DNA of 64,000 nt from Bispira polyomma (lineage: Eukaryota), in contig OZ287761.1 in the NCBI GenBank assembly GCA_965649765.1, positions 3,224,001 through 3,288,000 of the forward strand. Direction: 5' to 3'. Shown piece by piece: positions 1 to 13,900 of this stretch. Under the pieces are notes generated by a model. That model saw only the letters and a list, made by a program, of their open reading frames with translations. It did not search any database and had not been told where the DNA came from. Each line of letters opens with the position of its first letter. Position 1 is the first letter of the stretch. The translations under genes and the position numbers were made by a program.

Positions 1-1409
1 ATTGTAGACGTAATAAAAACACTATAACGACTTTGACTAAAAAAATAAAATACGAATGTATTAAACAACGGAAAGTAGTTTTTATTACGTATTTAATATA
101 TATATCATTTCTGGTACGTGTTTTTGTGGGTAAAATTGTGGGTGTTTAGGAGCTTTTTGGCACATTTTTGGGGGGGTGGGCGATAATGTGAGCATAGGGG
201 CGCTTCTGCGGATGATTTCGGTAATTGTTAAATAACTGATTAAACAGAATGTGTCCCACAGGTGATCCGGTGTGATGATTTCAATGTAAAATAGACAAAA
301 AGTTAGCAAACAACCCCATATAGCAAATTCAAACACTAACGATTATGCATAAAAAATCTACCAACAATTTATACAAGAGAACGAGCCCAGTTAAACTTCA
401 AAGCTAGCGTGTGACAAAGCAATATTATCATCAACTATATACTACTATTAAATACTATTGACTACTCTATCTAGATCCCAAAGTACAAACTTAATAGATT
501 AGAATTTTATCTCAAGATTACTTTTTTTATCACTTTTATATCTAACACCTGCATAATTATATATACAATATTATGACTAGAGATTTCTGGTACTCTGAAA
601 TCAGAACTTCATCCTAGTTACTGCGGGGTTTTTTTTTTTGTAAGCAAGAAATGGTAAGTTTACCTTCGTTCAAGCATTATTTACTGCATGAATAAATTAA
701 GCCAACGGTTAAATTTAACTGAGCAACATTTTTTTTAACAAGCTATATGGATATAGTATGTGAATATATGTATGTTCATTTTATTAAAAAAAGTTTTAGA
801 AGATCCTATGCTACACAGGTATTTTAATACAGGCCAGGTCATAAGTCTGAAATCCGGGGGTTGTAAGATACCGCAATAAGATACTCTCCGTGCATGCGTG
901 CGGGGTCCCGGGGTATGCGCAGCTCAGATCCAGTCGGAGTGTAATCCAAAGTGAGGCAACTAAAATGCATATTTCGAATCTTAAAAAAAATCCAATATGG
1001 CCCGCTGTGGGAGGCAACGATAGACAAAAATTTGCCGCCATAGGGCGTCATGTGTCCCCACTTGTATTACCACTAAAAACACTGGAAACTAATATGACAG
1101 ATAGATACACTGTTTTACTCGTTAGATTAATGTTTTGATCTAGAAAATCAAATCTAAAGGGACCACCTACTTATCAGGTATTTTATTTAACAGGATAATT
1201 TTTAATTAGAAATATAGCAACAGGACCTTACATACCTTCTACTTAATGGGTAATTCCACTTATAAGAGTTCTACTATATAGTAGAAAACCTACCATCCCC
1301 CACCCCGCCAATCAACTCGCCTAAAAAGTGTTTCAATATATATAACCTGACCAACATTCTAAGAAAACACCTGTGTATCACACTATAAATATTCATCTCT
1401 ACTGTGATA

Positions 1410-1907
1410 TCACTCCTCCTCGGAACCACTACTGTCGCTATCAGAATCTTCAGTGTCACTCTCGGTTTCACTTTCACTTTCAGAACTTGATGCCTCATCC
1501 TCCTCCGCTCCTTTAGCTACCTTGGTTTCACTTTCTTCCTCCTTCACCAACTCCTGGGTTTTACTTTCTTCCTCCTTTACCGACTCCTTGGTTTCACTTT
1601 CTTCCTCCTTCACAGAGGCTGCCTCCTTCTCCTCCTCCTCCTCCTCACTTTCAGTTTCACTTTCTTCATCCTTGGTTTCACTTTCTTCCTTTTCCACCAT
1701 TTCACTTTCTTCTTTTTCCACCGTTTCATTTTCTTCCTTTTCCACCGTTTCACTTTCTTCCTTCTCCACCAACTCCTTGGTTTCACTTTCTCTCTCCTCC
1801 TCCTTCTCATTCTCCTCCTCCTCCTCTTCCTCACTTTCAGTTTCACTTTCAGATTCACTCTTTGTTACAGTGACTTCCTCTTCCTGTTGGCTTTCTTGCG
1901 TTTCTTC
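1410..1907 (-). CDS. Ig-protein gene last coding exon (VEKEESET repeats, TGA stop)
   Basis: ATTTTAG acceptor, 166 codons to TGA; AATAAA candidates downstream near 1183 and 781. Confidence 0.7.
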   Translation of the reverse strand, partial: EETQESQQEEEVTVTKSESESETESEEEEEEENEKEEERESETKELVEKEESETVEKEENETVEKEESEMVEKEESETKDEESETESEEEEEEKEAASVKEEESETKESVKEEESKTQELVKEEESETKVAKGAEEDEASSSESESETESDTEDSDSDSSGSEEE

Positions 1908-4900
1908 CTAAAATTTGACACATTTTATTTCCTTTATCAAACTTTTAAAAATCTTTTCAAACAGAAATTTGTACACACACCCCGCCATGAAAAAATTTCT
2001 AATTCTGTTAAATCTTCTGCAATATTAGTTTTGTTTTCATGACTGAGAAATGCAAATATATCAACAATCGAAATCTTTGAAAATACCTCCACCAAAGAAA
2101 TTACCTGATTTATATTTGATAATTTGGGCCACAGCACATCAAGGCCTGTGCCACCTTCAACCCATTAACTACATGAAAGTAAAAAGTTAACCACACAAAA
2201 GTAAAAACTTAACTACACGAAAATAAAAAGTGCAACCAAAATGACCCCAGAGTGAAACATTAAGACAGACAAGTGCACGAAAATACAGTAGAACCTCTAA
2301 TATTCAAACTTCTATCATAATACCAATATTCAATTTTACAACCTAATTTAACAAATTTTTGGGGGGGGATTCCTGTTACTATATTGCCTCTTCCAAACAA
2401 AAACAAAAATCATGCTCTCCCACCATGTTCAGATAATAGAGGTTCCACTGTACGTAGTGAGGCCAGGGCCAGCGTATTCACAAACTGTCTTAGTCTTAAC
2501 TTAGTCTTAAGTTTAACATTTTGGTCTTTGATTTTGGGCTGAAAATATTAAGATTTTGGTCTTAGTCCCAGTGACAGAAAGAAAAGATATTTGGTTAGTG
2601 TTAACTTTACTCTTAAATACAAAAATTATCAGCAGTCAAGTCTTAAATATTTTACACATCAAAGATAAGCATTGGACTAAGTTAGGACTAAGGCATTATG
2701 CAAATACAGCCCCTGATTTTTCTAAATTAGAAGTAGACATTCACATTCAAGTATAGTAACCAACTCACCGCTGTCAACTGTATTTCCGTGGTAACTTGCT
2801 CCTCCTCGACAATCGTCACTTCAACTTCCTGTTCAGTGTCCACTGCGGCTTCCCCTTTCCCAATCTCTGGCTCACTGACCGTCACAGTGACCTCTCCTTT
2901 ACCCGTCTCTGTGGTGACCGTCTTCGCCTCCTCCCCCTCCCCATCTTCCTCTTCACTACTGGACTCTTCACTGGACGAATCCTCTTCACTCGAAGATTCT
3001 TCTTCACTGGACGATTCCTGATCATATAAAAAATACAACATAAGATAGAATTATACACGGGTGACCATAATTGTGTCCATTTTGCTTTGTTGATTATTTA
3101 TAACACAAAATATTATCTATATGAAAAAGCTAATTTTACATTAAATCAATAATTTCATTGTTGTAACATTAGAACATCAGTGCCAACATTTAATTACCCT
3201 ACCTAAAAAATGGCCTTAAAAAGGGAGGACACAATTTATACCACAAAGTATTTTACGGTAAAAGCTGCTACCTGTAAAATTGAATATTTGGATAACAAAA
3301 GTTTGTAGACTAAAAGCTTTTGGATAAGGAGTTAATATAACAGAGGTGACCAAGCTCCTCTTCACTACATAATTAGAATTATACCACAATGTGTAATCCC
3401 ATACACCCCCACATCCTTCCTTGCGACCTTGCTATGTCATGATTGAATCCCTGATTCAGCTGTTGCGCTTTAGAAGATCCCTAGCATCAATAAAGCACAT
3501 TAAAAAAACATAATAACTATAATAATGTATTGGAATAACATGCTTCACATAAAATAGAATATTTGGATAACTATATATAAGTCACTGACCTCCTCTTCAC
3601 TATCTCCCTGCTCTTCCTTCCTCTCAGTGGTCTCCTTCACCTCGTCCCCTTCTTTGACCTTGGTGGTGACCTCTGTGACCTTGGAGACGACCTTCTCCTC
3701 CCCGTCCTCGGACACCTCTATCACCCGCTGCACCTTGGTGACCGTTCTGACTTCCGTCACCGTGGCACCTTCAGGGATGTCTGGGTGGAGCTCTACTGAC
3801 TGACTGCTGTCTGGTAATACCATCACCTCGGTAACCTGTGTAAACACAGCAATCTGGTAATAGCATCACCTCGGTAACCTGTGTGAAGACAGCAATCTGG
3901 TAATACCATGACCTCAGTAACCTATATAAAGACAGCAATCTGGTAATACCATCACCTCGGTAACCTGGGTAATACCATCACCTTGGTAACCTGTGTAAAG
4001 ATAGGAGTTTGGCAATAGCATCACCTCGGTAACCTGTGTAAAGACAGGAACCTTGGTAACCTGTGTAAGACATAAATCTTGAATTTAGTTAGGTTTGAAC
4101 CTTTTAGGTTGCTTTTAACAGCTTAGATCATATCACGACATACAGAATCAACGGTGGAAAAAACCAGTACCAAAGCACTGTAAACCACCGATCTATGGCA
4201 AGTACCTCACAAACTTTCCCACATGAAGGACAGAATAAAGATTCAAACCCACACTGGTGAGAGGCCAGTGATATCTCTGAGTTGATATTTACTACAGTAT
4301 TTAGAATTTAGTTGTGTTTTACGTCGTTTTCAACAGCTTAGGTCATATCACCATGGCCAGATTCAATGACGGAGGAAAACAGTGATAAAGCGGTGTAAAC
4401 AACTGACCTACGGTAAGTACCTGGCAAACTTTTACACTTGAAAGAATGAACAGGACCTGTTACATGTGTAAAAACATGGAGAAATGACTCGGTAGAAAAG
4501 ACTTTAAATATGTATGACACGCACAATCCCTCAAAACACATTTGTGTAATAATAATATTGAAGATTTAAACAGAATCTTCTTCTCACAGGAAGTCCGATC
4601 CAATCCCTCCCTACCTCCATATCTTCGCCGGTCTCTTCCTTTCGGTCCGTCGTTTCTTTGACCTCGCCCCCTTCTTTCACGGTTTTCGTGACCTCTGTGA
4701 CCCTGGACACAGTCTTCTCCCCGTCCGCTCCCACCTCCACCACCTTCCTGACCTTGGTGACCTGTTTGACCTCAATGACCTCTTCCTCCGTGTCCACAGA
4801 AGCCTCGGAGTGGTCGTCGCCGAGAGACTCGGAGTACTCAGTCCAGGATTCCTCCTCCGTGACGATACCGCGGTCACTTACCACTGACTCGGCACGAGCT

Positions 4901-7900
4901 ATATGTGTTAAAATACACAAGGGGCTTTGTAAATTGAGTAAACTGGAAAACCGTTCGTGACTGTCAGAAAGTAACTGCCATAAACTGATGGCAATAGGTT
5001 CTAGAAAGCTAAAGTCATTAAATCAAACTCTAGTTCCAGAATTAAATATCGACCTCCTGTATTATTTTTTTTAAACAGGGGAGTCTGCTGTTCTAACAGT
5101 TTCCTACTGCGAGGAACTGAAGGAAAATAGAATAATATTTTAGGGGTGTCGACTGCTTGCCGATAGACATAGGACCCACAGGAGTCGAAACGGTTAAGCT
5201 GAGTTTGGTTTAACGTCGCGTGTCAACACGTCTTGTTGTCGTATTACGACAGACAGATCACTGGTAAAGAAAACTCAGTAGGTGGTCATAGTTTTCTTCT
5301 CCGCAAACCCACCAGCCTTCAGCAAGTCTACTGCCAACTCTACCACACAATTGGATGGTTAAATTATTAAGGTTTTAGCATGTGGTAAAACAGAAGGTTT
5401 ACAGGAGGTTTAAACACTACAGGGTTAAACATTGGTAACGGGAAACATTCTGAGGTCAATGAAAAAGCTCATATTCAATTAACACTAAAGAAATGGCTTT
5501 TTGGTATGCATGAACCTGGAGGCCTTTGTACAGAGGCAGTCTCTCTCTATACAGGTGGTCTCTCAAGTAGGTTTGACTGAAAACATTATAGACTGTATTT
5601 ATATATTAAAGACTAACATTCCTCCTTGCTGGCTGGTTCTGTGTTCACTCTCAGTGTAAACTGTTCTGTGACCTCGACATTCAGTAAAGCGTCCTCTTCT
5701 AGTACAGGGGACACAGGCTGTACCTCAATGGTTACCTCCTCACTTTCCTGGTCATCCTGGGGTTGGTCTAAAGAGAAGGGAATGGTCACCTCCTCATCCT
5801 GTTGGTTATCCTGGAGCTGGTCTAAAGATTAATGGTCAGCTTACTTAATGAGTGGACAGCGTACTTAATAACTGGTCATCTAATGGGCATGTTACTACAG
5901 GAGACAGAGGCTGAACCTCAATGGTCACCTCCTGTTGGTCATCCTGGGGCTGGTCTAAAGAGTAATGGTCAGCTTACTTAATAACTGGTCATGTAATAGA
6001 CATGTTACTACAACAGACTCCGGCTGTACCTCAATGGTCACCTACTCACCCTCCTGGTCATCCTGGGGCTGGTCTAAAAAGTAATGGTCAGCTTACTTAA
6101 TGACTGGTCAGCTTACTTAATGACTGGTGAACTTACCAATAACTGGTCATGGAATGGTCAATTTACTTAAGAACTGAATCGTCATCTTACACAATAACTG
6201 GTGATGTAATAGTCATCTTACACAATAACTGGTGATGTAATAGTCATCTTACACAATAACTGGTGATGTAATAGTCATCTTACACAATAACTGGTGATGT
6301 AATAGTCATCTTAAGGAGATGTCAGTCTCAGTCTGTACTTAAAAGGTCTTCTATTGGATCTGGTCCAAAGAGTAATGATTGGTCACTTTAATGTAATGGT
6401 CATTCTACCTAATAATCAGCTGTACTTCCATGGTGACCTCCTCCCCCCTCCCGCCTTGGGCTGTCCAAAGATTATAGACTGGTCAGAGTACTGAACAACT
6501 GGTCAGCTTAATTTATAAGGCCATGTATTCCTGCCAAATACCAATGTTGTCATCTTACTTAATTAGACTATATTTATTTGGTAAAGGTCTGATCTATCTT
6601 AAGGTATTCATGATACAGTTTTGAACCTCAAGGGACCAGGAGAAACTACCCTTTACTTCAAGCAGGAATTTCACTTAACAGGGGTAGATTTCGAAAAAGA
6701 AAAAGCTGTTTATGGGGACCACGCACACATAGGAAAGAGTCACCGCAATCAGAGAGCTACAATTCCTTAAAACGGTTCAGGAGGTGGTAATAGAAAGAAA
6801 ACTCACAGCAAAACTAACTCGGTTTGGAAACTTGGTAACTAAGTGGAAATGGCATGTGGTACTATAGGTCACGTCAAGTTTAAACATTATCTTAACGTTG
6901 GACAGAATAAAGACTACTTTACAGCAGACATTTTTTTGTCATCTTCAATTTTTAAATTTGGTTTTACATCGGTTTCAATGGCTTAGCTTATATGACGATG
7001 GCCAGATTTAATGGTGGAAGAAACCAGTGCTAAAGCCACTGTGTAAACCACCAGCAAGTACCTGACAAACCTTCCTACATGAAGGAACAAACAGGATTCA
7101 AACCCACATTGGCAAGAGGTCTTTAAAACGCTGTCATATGTAAGAGCATTACAGTTAGTGATTTAATTCTGTACAGATTTAGGTACTAATAAAGTATGAA
7201 ACCCTTTTTTTTAATAATTCAGAGCTATTTTGCAATTCACACTGGTGGCAAATAGGATCAGGACAAAATGTTCATCATATAAAGAGGCTTTCACTATAAT
7301 TTAGTATGTAGTTTGAGTTTAACGTTGATTTCAACACACATTTGTGTTCTATCACAACAGGTAGTTCAGTGATGGAGAATCTTAAAGCAGGGTATTTGGA
7401 CAAGCCATTATGCTTTGCAAACCACCGGCCTTCAGCAAGTCTACTGCCAACTTTTCTTACATAGAGGCAAGAGTCGAGATTCTAACCCACAACAGAAGTG
7501 GGAGGCAAGTGTGTTACCACATCACCACAGAGGCCCATGTTTACTATTCGGAAGTTTTAATGCAAATTAATTAAAACTTACGACCCCAACTGAGAACTGA
7601 AGGACATTTTTTAGGATAATAGGTACAGATAGCTGGAGTCACTGAAACACACACTACAGACTACGACCTACAGCATTCAACAACAGCCTCAGGTATATTC
7701 TTTTAAACTGAAGATTCTATTGCACTAAAAATTTGCTATTGGGAAGAACTAAAGCTCGAAAAAATACTATTTTTTTGGGGGGGGTATTGACTGCATGCCA
7801 GCAGACATAGGATCTGGGAGTAAGAAATGCTGTCGACTGCTAGTCAACAATCTAGGGGTTGAAAGGGTTAAGATATTGTCATTTCTACTCCTGTTGATCT

Positions 7901-10900
7901 TCTCACCTTCAGAAACAGCATCAGTCTTGTCCAAACCTTTGTCCACCGCTTCAGTGGTGTTCAGTTCAAGCCTCGACTCTATGGTCTCTGTGACCTCGGA
8001 GAAAGCCTGGTCTACTATTGCTGTGGCGACGGCTTCTTCAGAAGACACTTGACTGGTCTCAATGGTGACTACGGCTTCTTCAGAAGACACTTGACTGGCT
8101 TCCATAGTGACTACGGCTTCTTCAGAAGACACTTGACTGGTTTCCAGGGTGACTATGGCTTCTTCAGAAGACACTTGACTGGCTTCCATGGTGATTGTTC
8201 CATCAGTTTCACTTTGACCTGCCTCCACAACTTCTATGGTTGTTTCTGCAGGAAGACTTGCCTCCGCTGTAACAGCTTCTTCAACCAGTACAGCTTCTTC
8301 TGTGGCTGTTCCATCAGCTTCACTCACTTCAACAGCTAAATCTACTTCAATAGCTTCTTCAACAGTTTCCTTGGTTATTACGTCAGCTTCCTTGGCAGCT
8401 ACATCAGCTGAAACTTCAGGTTCAACAGTTTCCTCGTCTGTTACATCAGACTCACTGTCACTGGCTTCCTGTTCAACCACATCTTCACTAGAAACAATCT
8501 CCTTAGCAATTTTTTCAGAAGTACTTTCTATGGTTTCCGTGACAACTGTTTTTTCAGCTGACTCAGCAGTACTGGTTACGGTCATGACAGTTTCTTCAGA
8601 GGACGCGTTGCTCGATTCCGCTGCCACGGTTACTATGGCTGTTCCATCGGCTGTTTCTGCTTCTTTGTTCATTTGGTCTGCCTCCCCCTCTTGTGCATCC
8701 ACTGCTGTCATGGTTACGGTAGAAGGCTGGACAAGGACTAACTCTATAGAGGACATCTTCCTCAGTGGTTTCCTATCTCTGGCGGCCTTCATCTCCACTT
8801 CATCTAAAACAGGTTCAAACGTCACCTCAGTGCCGTTGACTGTTGTCGCTTCTGTCTTCGATTCCTCCATCTTTACTACTTGTTCTACTGTTTCTTCATT
8901 TTCCTTTATATCCACTGCGGCTGTAGTAGTTTCTACCTTTGCCGTCATCTCCACTGTACTGTCATCACCAGCTACTGCCTTGACTTCTATCGATGCTGCT
9001 TCCTCTTTTTTTTCCTCTCCCGATAATTTAATCTCTAGCTCTTCCACCGAGATTTTGGCCTCCACTTTCTCCTTCTCTACGGCTTGTATCACCTCTTCTT
9101 CTACCGGAGCTTGATCTTCTTCCTCTGATACTTTAACCTCTTCCTCTAACACTTTGACCTCTTCCTCAACTTTGACCTCCTACAGATGTGAAGATCAAGT
9201 TGAAAATGTAATGCATATGTTTATTGAATGTGAGCAGGTTAAAAATATTTTGCTTAAATGAGAAAATTGTATATCGGAAAAAAAATATCAAAAAGATACC
9301 ACTGTATGAAGTGCCACTGAGATGTGGCTAGTCAGAAATTACCAACTTTCTATTATTTAAAGCAACTCAAATGTTTGTATGTGTTGGATGAATCTAGATC
9401 TATATATGTGTATTATATGTGTAAATGTAAATCTATATATATTATTGCTACTGTAAACATACATGTAAATTAAGATTGGTATGTACAGAAGTGGTTATAA
9501 ATAAACAAAAAAAAATAAACTTTGACCTCCTCCTCTTCCTCCTCTTCAGTTGGCTGTTTCTTCAATGGCACCGGTTTTTCTGGTCTATCACTCACGGATG
9601 CTGTAATGGCATCTTCCACGACCTCATCATTTTCTACCTCATGTTCAACCTCTTCTGGCTTCTCCACTTCATTCGAAACTACGACAGCTGCTTCTTCCTC
9701 CTCTTCCTCCTCTGTTTCACTCTCGGAGGACTCTTCTGGGGTTTCAAAGGTGACCGTCTTCTTAGGTTCCTCTTTTTCTGAGGCCTGTATTCCTGCCACA
9801 GCACCGACTAACCAGTCCTTGCTCTCAGCTGGTTTTTCAGCTTCAACAACTTCTACCTTAGTTTGAGCAACTTCAGGGGGCACTTCAACTACAGGGGTCA
9901 CTTCAACTTTGGGCGTAACTGGCTTTTCCTCTTGTGGTTCTGGCTCAGGAGAGACACCTGTTAGGTTAGGTCATATCACAACGGCCAGATTTAATGGTGG
10001 AAGAAACTAGTGCTGAAGCCACTGTGTAAACCACAGTCCTGCGGCAAGTACCCTGACAAACTTTCCCACATGAAGCAGCGAACAGGATTCAAACCCATAT
10101 TGGTCAGAGGTCATTGATTGTAAAGCAGGCGCTTCTGACCACTAGGTCACCGGAGGCCCAAAACAGCCTTAACAGACAATTTATAATGTTTGAAGTTCGC
10201 ACAGACTTGATGCATCAGTCAATGTATCGAAAAACCAATTTCAACTAAATAAAAGTGGTGATACATACCTATACTTGGCTATTTTTCTATGTTTTCTACT
10301 GTGTAACTTCAAATTAAGGTGTAACATGAACAAAACCTCATACTGTCATCTATCTCAAATATTTATATTTTTCCTTGGGAACAATTTGATTTGGGGCACA
10401 TACTGAATTTTGGCAAATAGGAAATAAAATATACATGATCGAGTCCCAAAGCCTAGACCGTCAACTATTCGTCACAGCTTTACAAATCAGCCAGGTGTCA
10501 TTTTAGTATTTTACTTTCATAAACAAAAACAGTGACACGGATTTTGAAAAGGAAGAAACTGTGCCAAGTAAAAAAACTAAACAAAACTTAATTGTTAAAT
10601 CTTACCTTTCTGTTTTTCCGCAGCCTTTTCCGTTTCACTGGTGACGCTCACTTCTCCGTATTTGTCGACTTTCACCGTTCTTATATCCCCATCCTTAACC
10701 ACTAGAGACGATACACAAAACAAAAACAACCACATCAGTTAATGACACGGAGGATTGATAGATTTACTGGGGTTTATAAGATCGCTTAAACCACATTTTA
10801 TGGGGCATATCACAACGGGCAGTTTTACTGGTGAGGAAAACCAGTGCTGAACTGCTGTAAGCCACCAACCTACGGCAAGTACCAGACAAATTTTCCACAC

Positions 10901-13900
10901 GAACAAACAAACGGGATTGGTGAGAGGCCAGTGATTGTGAGTCAAACGGGCTTCTAACCACTAGGCCACCGTGGTCCCCACACAAAATCAAAATCACTTC
11001 ATGGCTCACTGTTATTAAAGGGTCAAACCTAGGCACGAGGCAATATATACAATTACTGTCGTTTTTTAAATACAGCTAAACACCTTTATGTCAAACCGCA
11101 AGGGACCAGAACAAATACCTCTTACTGAAGCACACCAGTTGGTCAAGATTTTGGCACTGTAAATCACCAGGCATTGGCAGGTAACTGCCAACTTTTCCAC
11201 ATAAAGCCGCGGATGATTTGGATACTTCAGATTTGAGCTTGATATCTTTCAAGAATACAACCACAAGTACCAATGACAAATAAAATGAAAGGACTGACTA
11301 ACTCAACTACCTGAGTCATTATTTTGTCTTTAGGTCACTTTGAATAGTTTAAGTATTGTTACATGGGTGGCGCTGGCTTCGAACTACCCTTGGCCTCGGC
11401 CATCTCGAAATTTACGACCAATTGCGACCATTGATTTTACTGGGAAATCAGCACCACCCGTGCGCCATGTATAAACAGTATATAAGGAGAAGGAATTGAC
11501 ACCATCTTTCACACGGTCAGCTCTGGCCTGCAGCAAAATACTCACGTAAAACTCACGTTAGTCACATGATCGGGTAAGTTGGCCTCGCTCGTTTTAGTGA
11601 CAGTAACACATGTCAGTTGATCACATGACCCTCTTACCTTTCCTAGTAAAGCTGACATTAGTCACATGATCGGGTATATTCGCCTCGTTCACTATACACT
11701 CGTTTTAGTGACAGTAACACAGGTCAGTTAATCACATGACCATCTTGCCTTTCCTGGTAAGCTGACGTCAGTCACATGATCGGGTATATTCGCCTCGTTC
11801 ACTATACACCCGTTTTAGTGACAGTAACACATGTCAGTTAATCACATGACCCTCTTACCTTTCCTAGTAAAGCTGACATTGGTCACATGATCGGGTACAT
11901 TTGCCTCGTTCACCATACACTCGTTTTAGTGACAGTAACACATGTCAGTTAATGACATGACCATCTTACCTTTCCTAGTAAAGCTGACGTTGGTCACATG
12001 ATCAGGTACATTTGCCTCACTCACTGTACACTTGACCTCCAGGTTTTCTCCCTCTTTTTCTTCTATTTCAAGTGGCAGTTTCTTCACAAACCTGGGAGCT
12101 GTCATTATAAAGCAGACAGGAACGTTAAATTCTGTCAATTCTTGTACAGTTTTTATACTGCTTAATCCACGGCTTAGTGGTTTTCAGCCAATGATTTTCT
12201 ATAAGTTGATTTGGCACTCCAAACCTCTGGAACCAATGATATGTGAGATATAGGACTTTTAAGTTTGACCATCCGCATTTGACCTTGAACGAGGGGCCCA
12301 AGGTCAAATCGGACTACATCAAAAGATTCTCAGCCCTTGAGTTCATATAGGTTGGTTTCACATTAAAAACCTGTTTGACCAAAATAAGTGAGATATAAGC
12401 AGTTTTAGGTTTGGCCATCCCTGTTTGATCTTAAAGGAGAGAGCCAAGGCAAATGTGAGCACATCAAAAGATTCCCTGCTTATGATTTCCTATAGGTTGG
12501 TTTCAGATCCCAAACCTGTAGGACCAATATTAAGCGAGATATAGGCACTTTTAAGTTTGGCCACCCTCATTTGACCTTGAACGAGCAGCCCAAGGTCAAA
12601 TCGGACCACATCAAAAGATTCCAAACCCATGATTTCCTATAGGTTTGTTTCAGATCCCAAACCTCTAGGACCATTTTTAAATGAGATATAGTTTGGCCAA
12701 AATCGGTCACTTGGGGTACTTTGGCACTCTGTCGATGACCTTGAATAAGGAGATTCAAGGTCAAATGCCTGCATGCTTATAAAGGACATATATATCCATT
12801 AAACATATCACCTGTAAAGAGATTCAACCTTCTACAGCTGAGAAACAGACACAGTAAAAAGCCTGATTAGTTTCAAAGAAACGCCCTCAGAGGCCATCTT
12901 GTTTGTCAAAATGAGGCCAAAATTATTCTCAGGCAAGGTTTTGTAATAAAGAACATTTCCTATAAATTTCAGGAACCTAGGTGTAAAAGTTTTCCCAGCA
13001 GAGCAGTAATGGAAAAATCTCTACACACACTGACGCGGCGTCGGCGGCGTAACAATGACTAATCCACAGTATCCACCGGAGGTACTCCTCCGGTGGATAC
13101 AATAAATGCATAAAGATATTATATTGATTTAGAATTTTCTAAATTTCATGTAATTTCATGTAATTAAAAGCATAAAGATCCAATTTAACTGAAAAAACTG
13201 CAAGTAATCCAAAACTGTTTCACCAACTCAGTTATATAAACGACTATAACCTTGAGGACACTTACCCATATTCCCTTGTTCTTTGTCAAAGTTAATGTCG
13301 TACTCGTAATCTGGCATTTGCACAAAGGACCTCTGGATTTCAATTCCATCCCTAAAAAAACCAAGAACAGATTCAGAAACATAAATACATCTTTTAAACT
13401 TGTAACACACAGTAATTTACTTCATAAAATATATAAAACTAAATTAAACTACTCAAATAAAATCTATGTGCAGCCTTCAGTTAATTTGGGGTTCTTGTGA
13501 CTTTCAACAGTCGAGCCAGGGTCCTTCTGATCCCCAGGCGAACTTCGTAACCACTAAGTCACGAGAGGTCACAACAAGTGACCCTCTGATCACCAGAATA
13601 ACTTTCTAACCACTAACCCACAGAAGACCACAAGTACATACACAAATAAGCCTGGAAAAAATTAAATCAATACAAAAGAAAACTAGAACTCCGTTTCTGG
13701 GTAATTTAGCTGGTGTAGCATAACCTCTATTATCTGAACTTCTATTCTTCAAATATTAAATTTTATAAACTCAGTTTCAGTTTCCAAATTTGGGTTTTCC
13801 TATATGCTTCGTACTAAAAAGCATCATCTTCTATTTTAAGAGCCTTTTAAGAATCTAAATTTGCCACTGTATCTAAAATTCGCCACCTCAAAAATGTTGT

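Noticed and set aside
8236-9114. 292-aa Ser/Thr-rich plus-strand ORF (also 1453-1911, 9522-9866, 4658-4960)
   Set aside because: Antisense shadows of Glu-rich exons.
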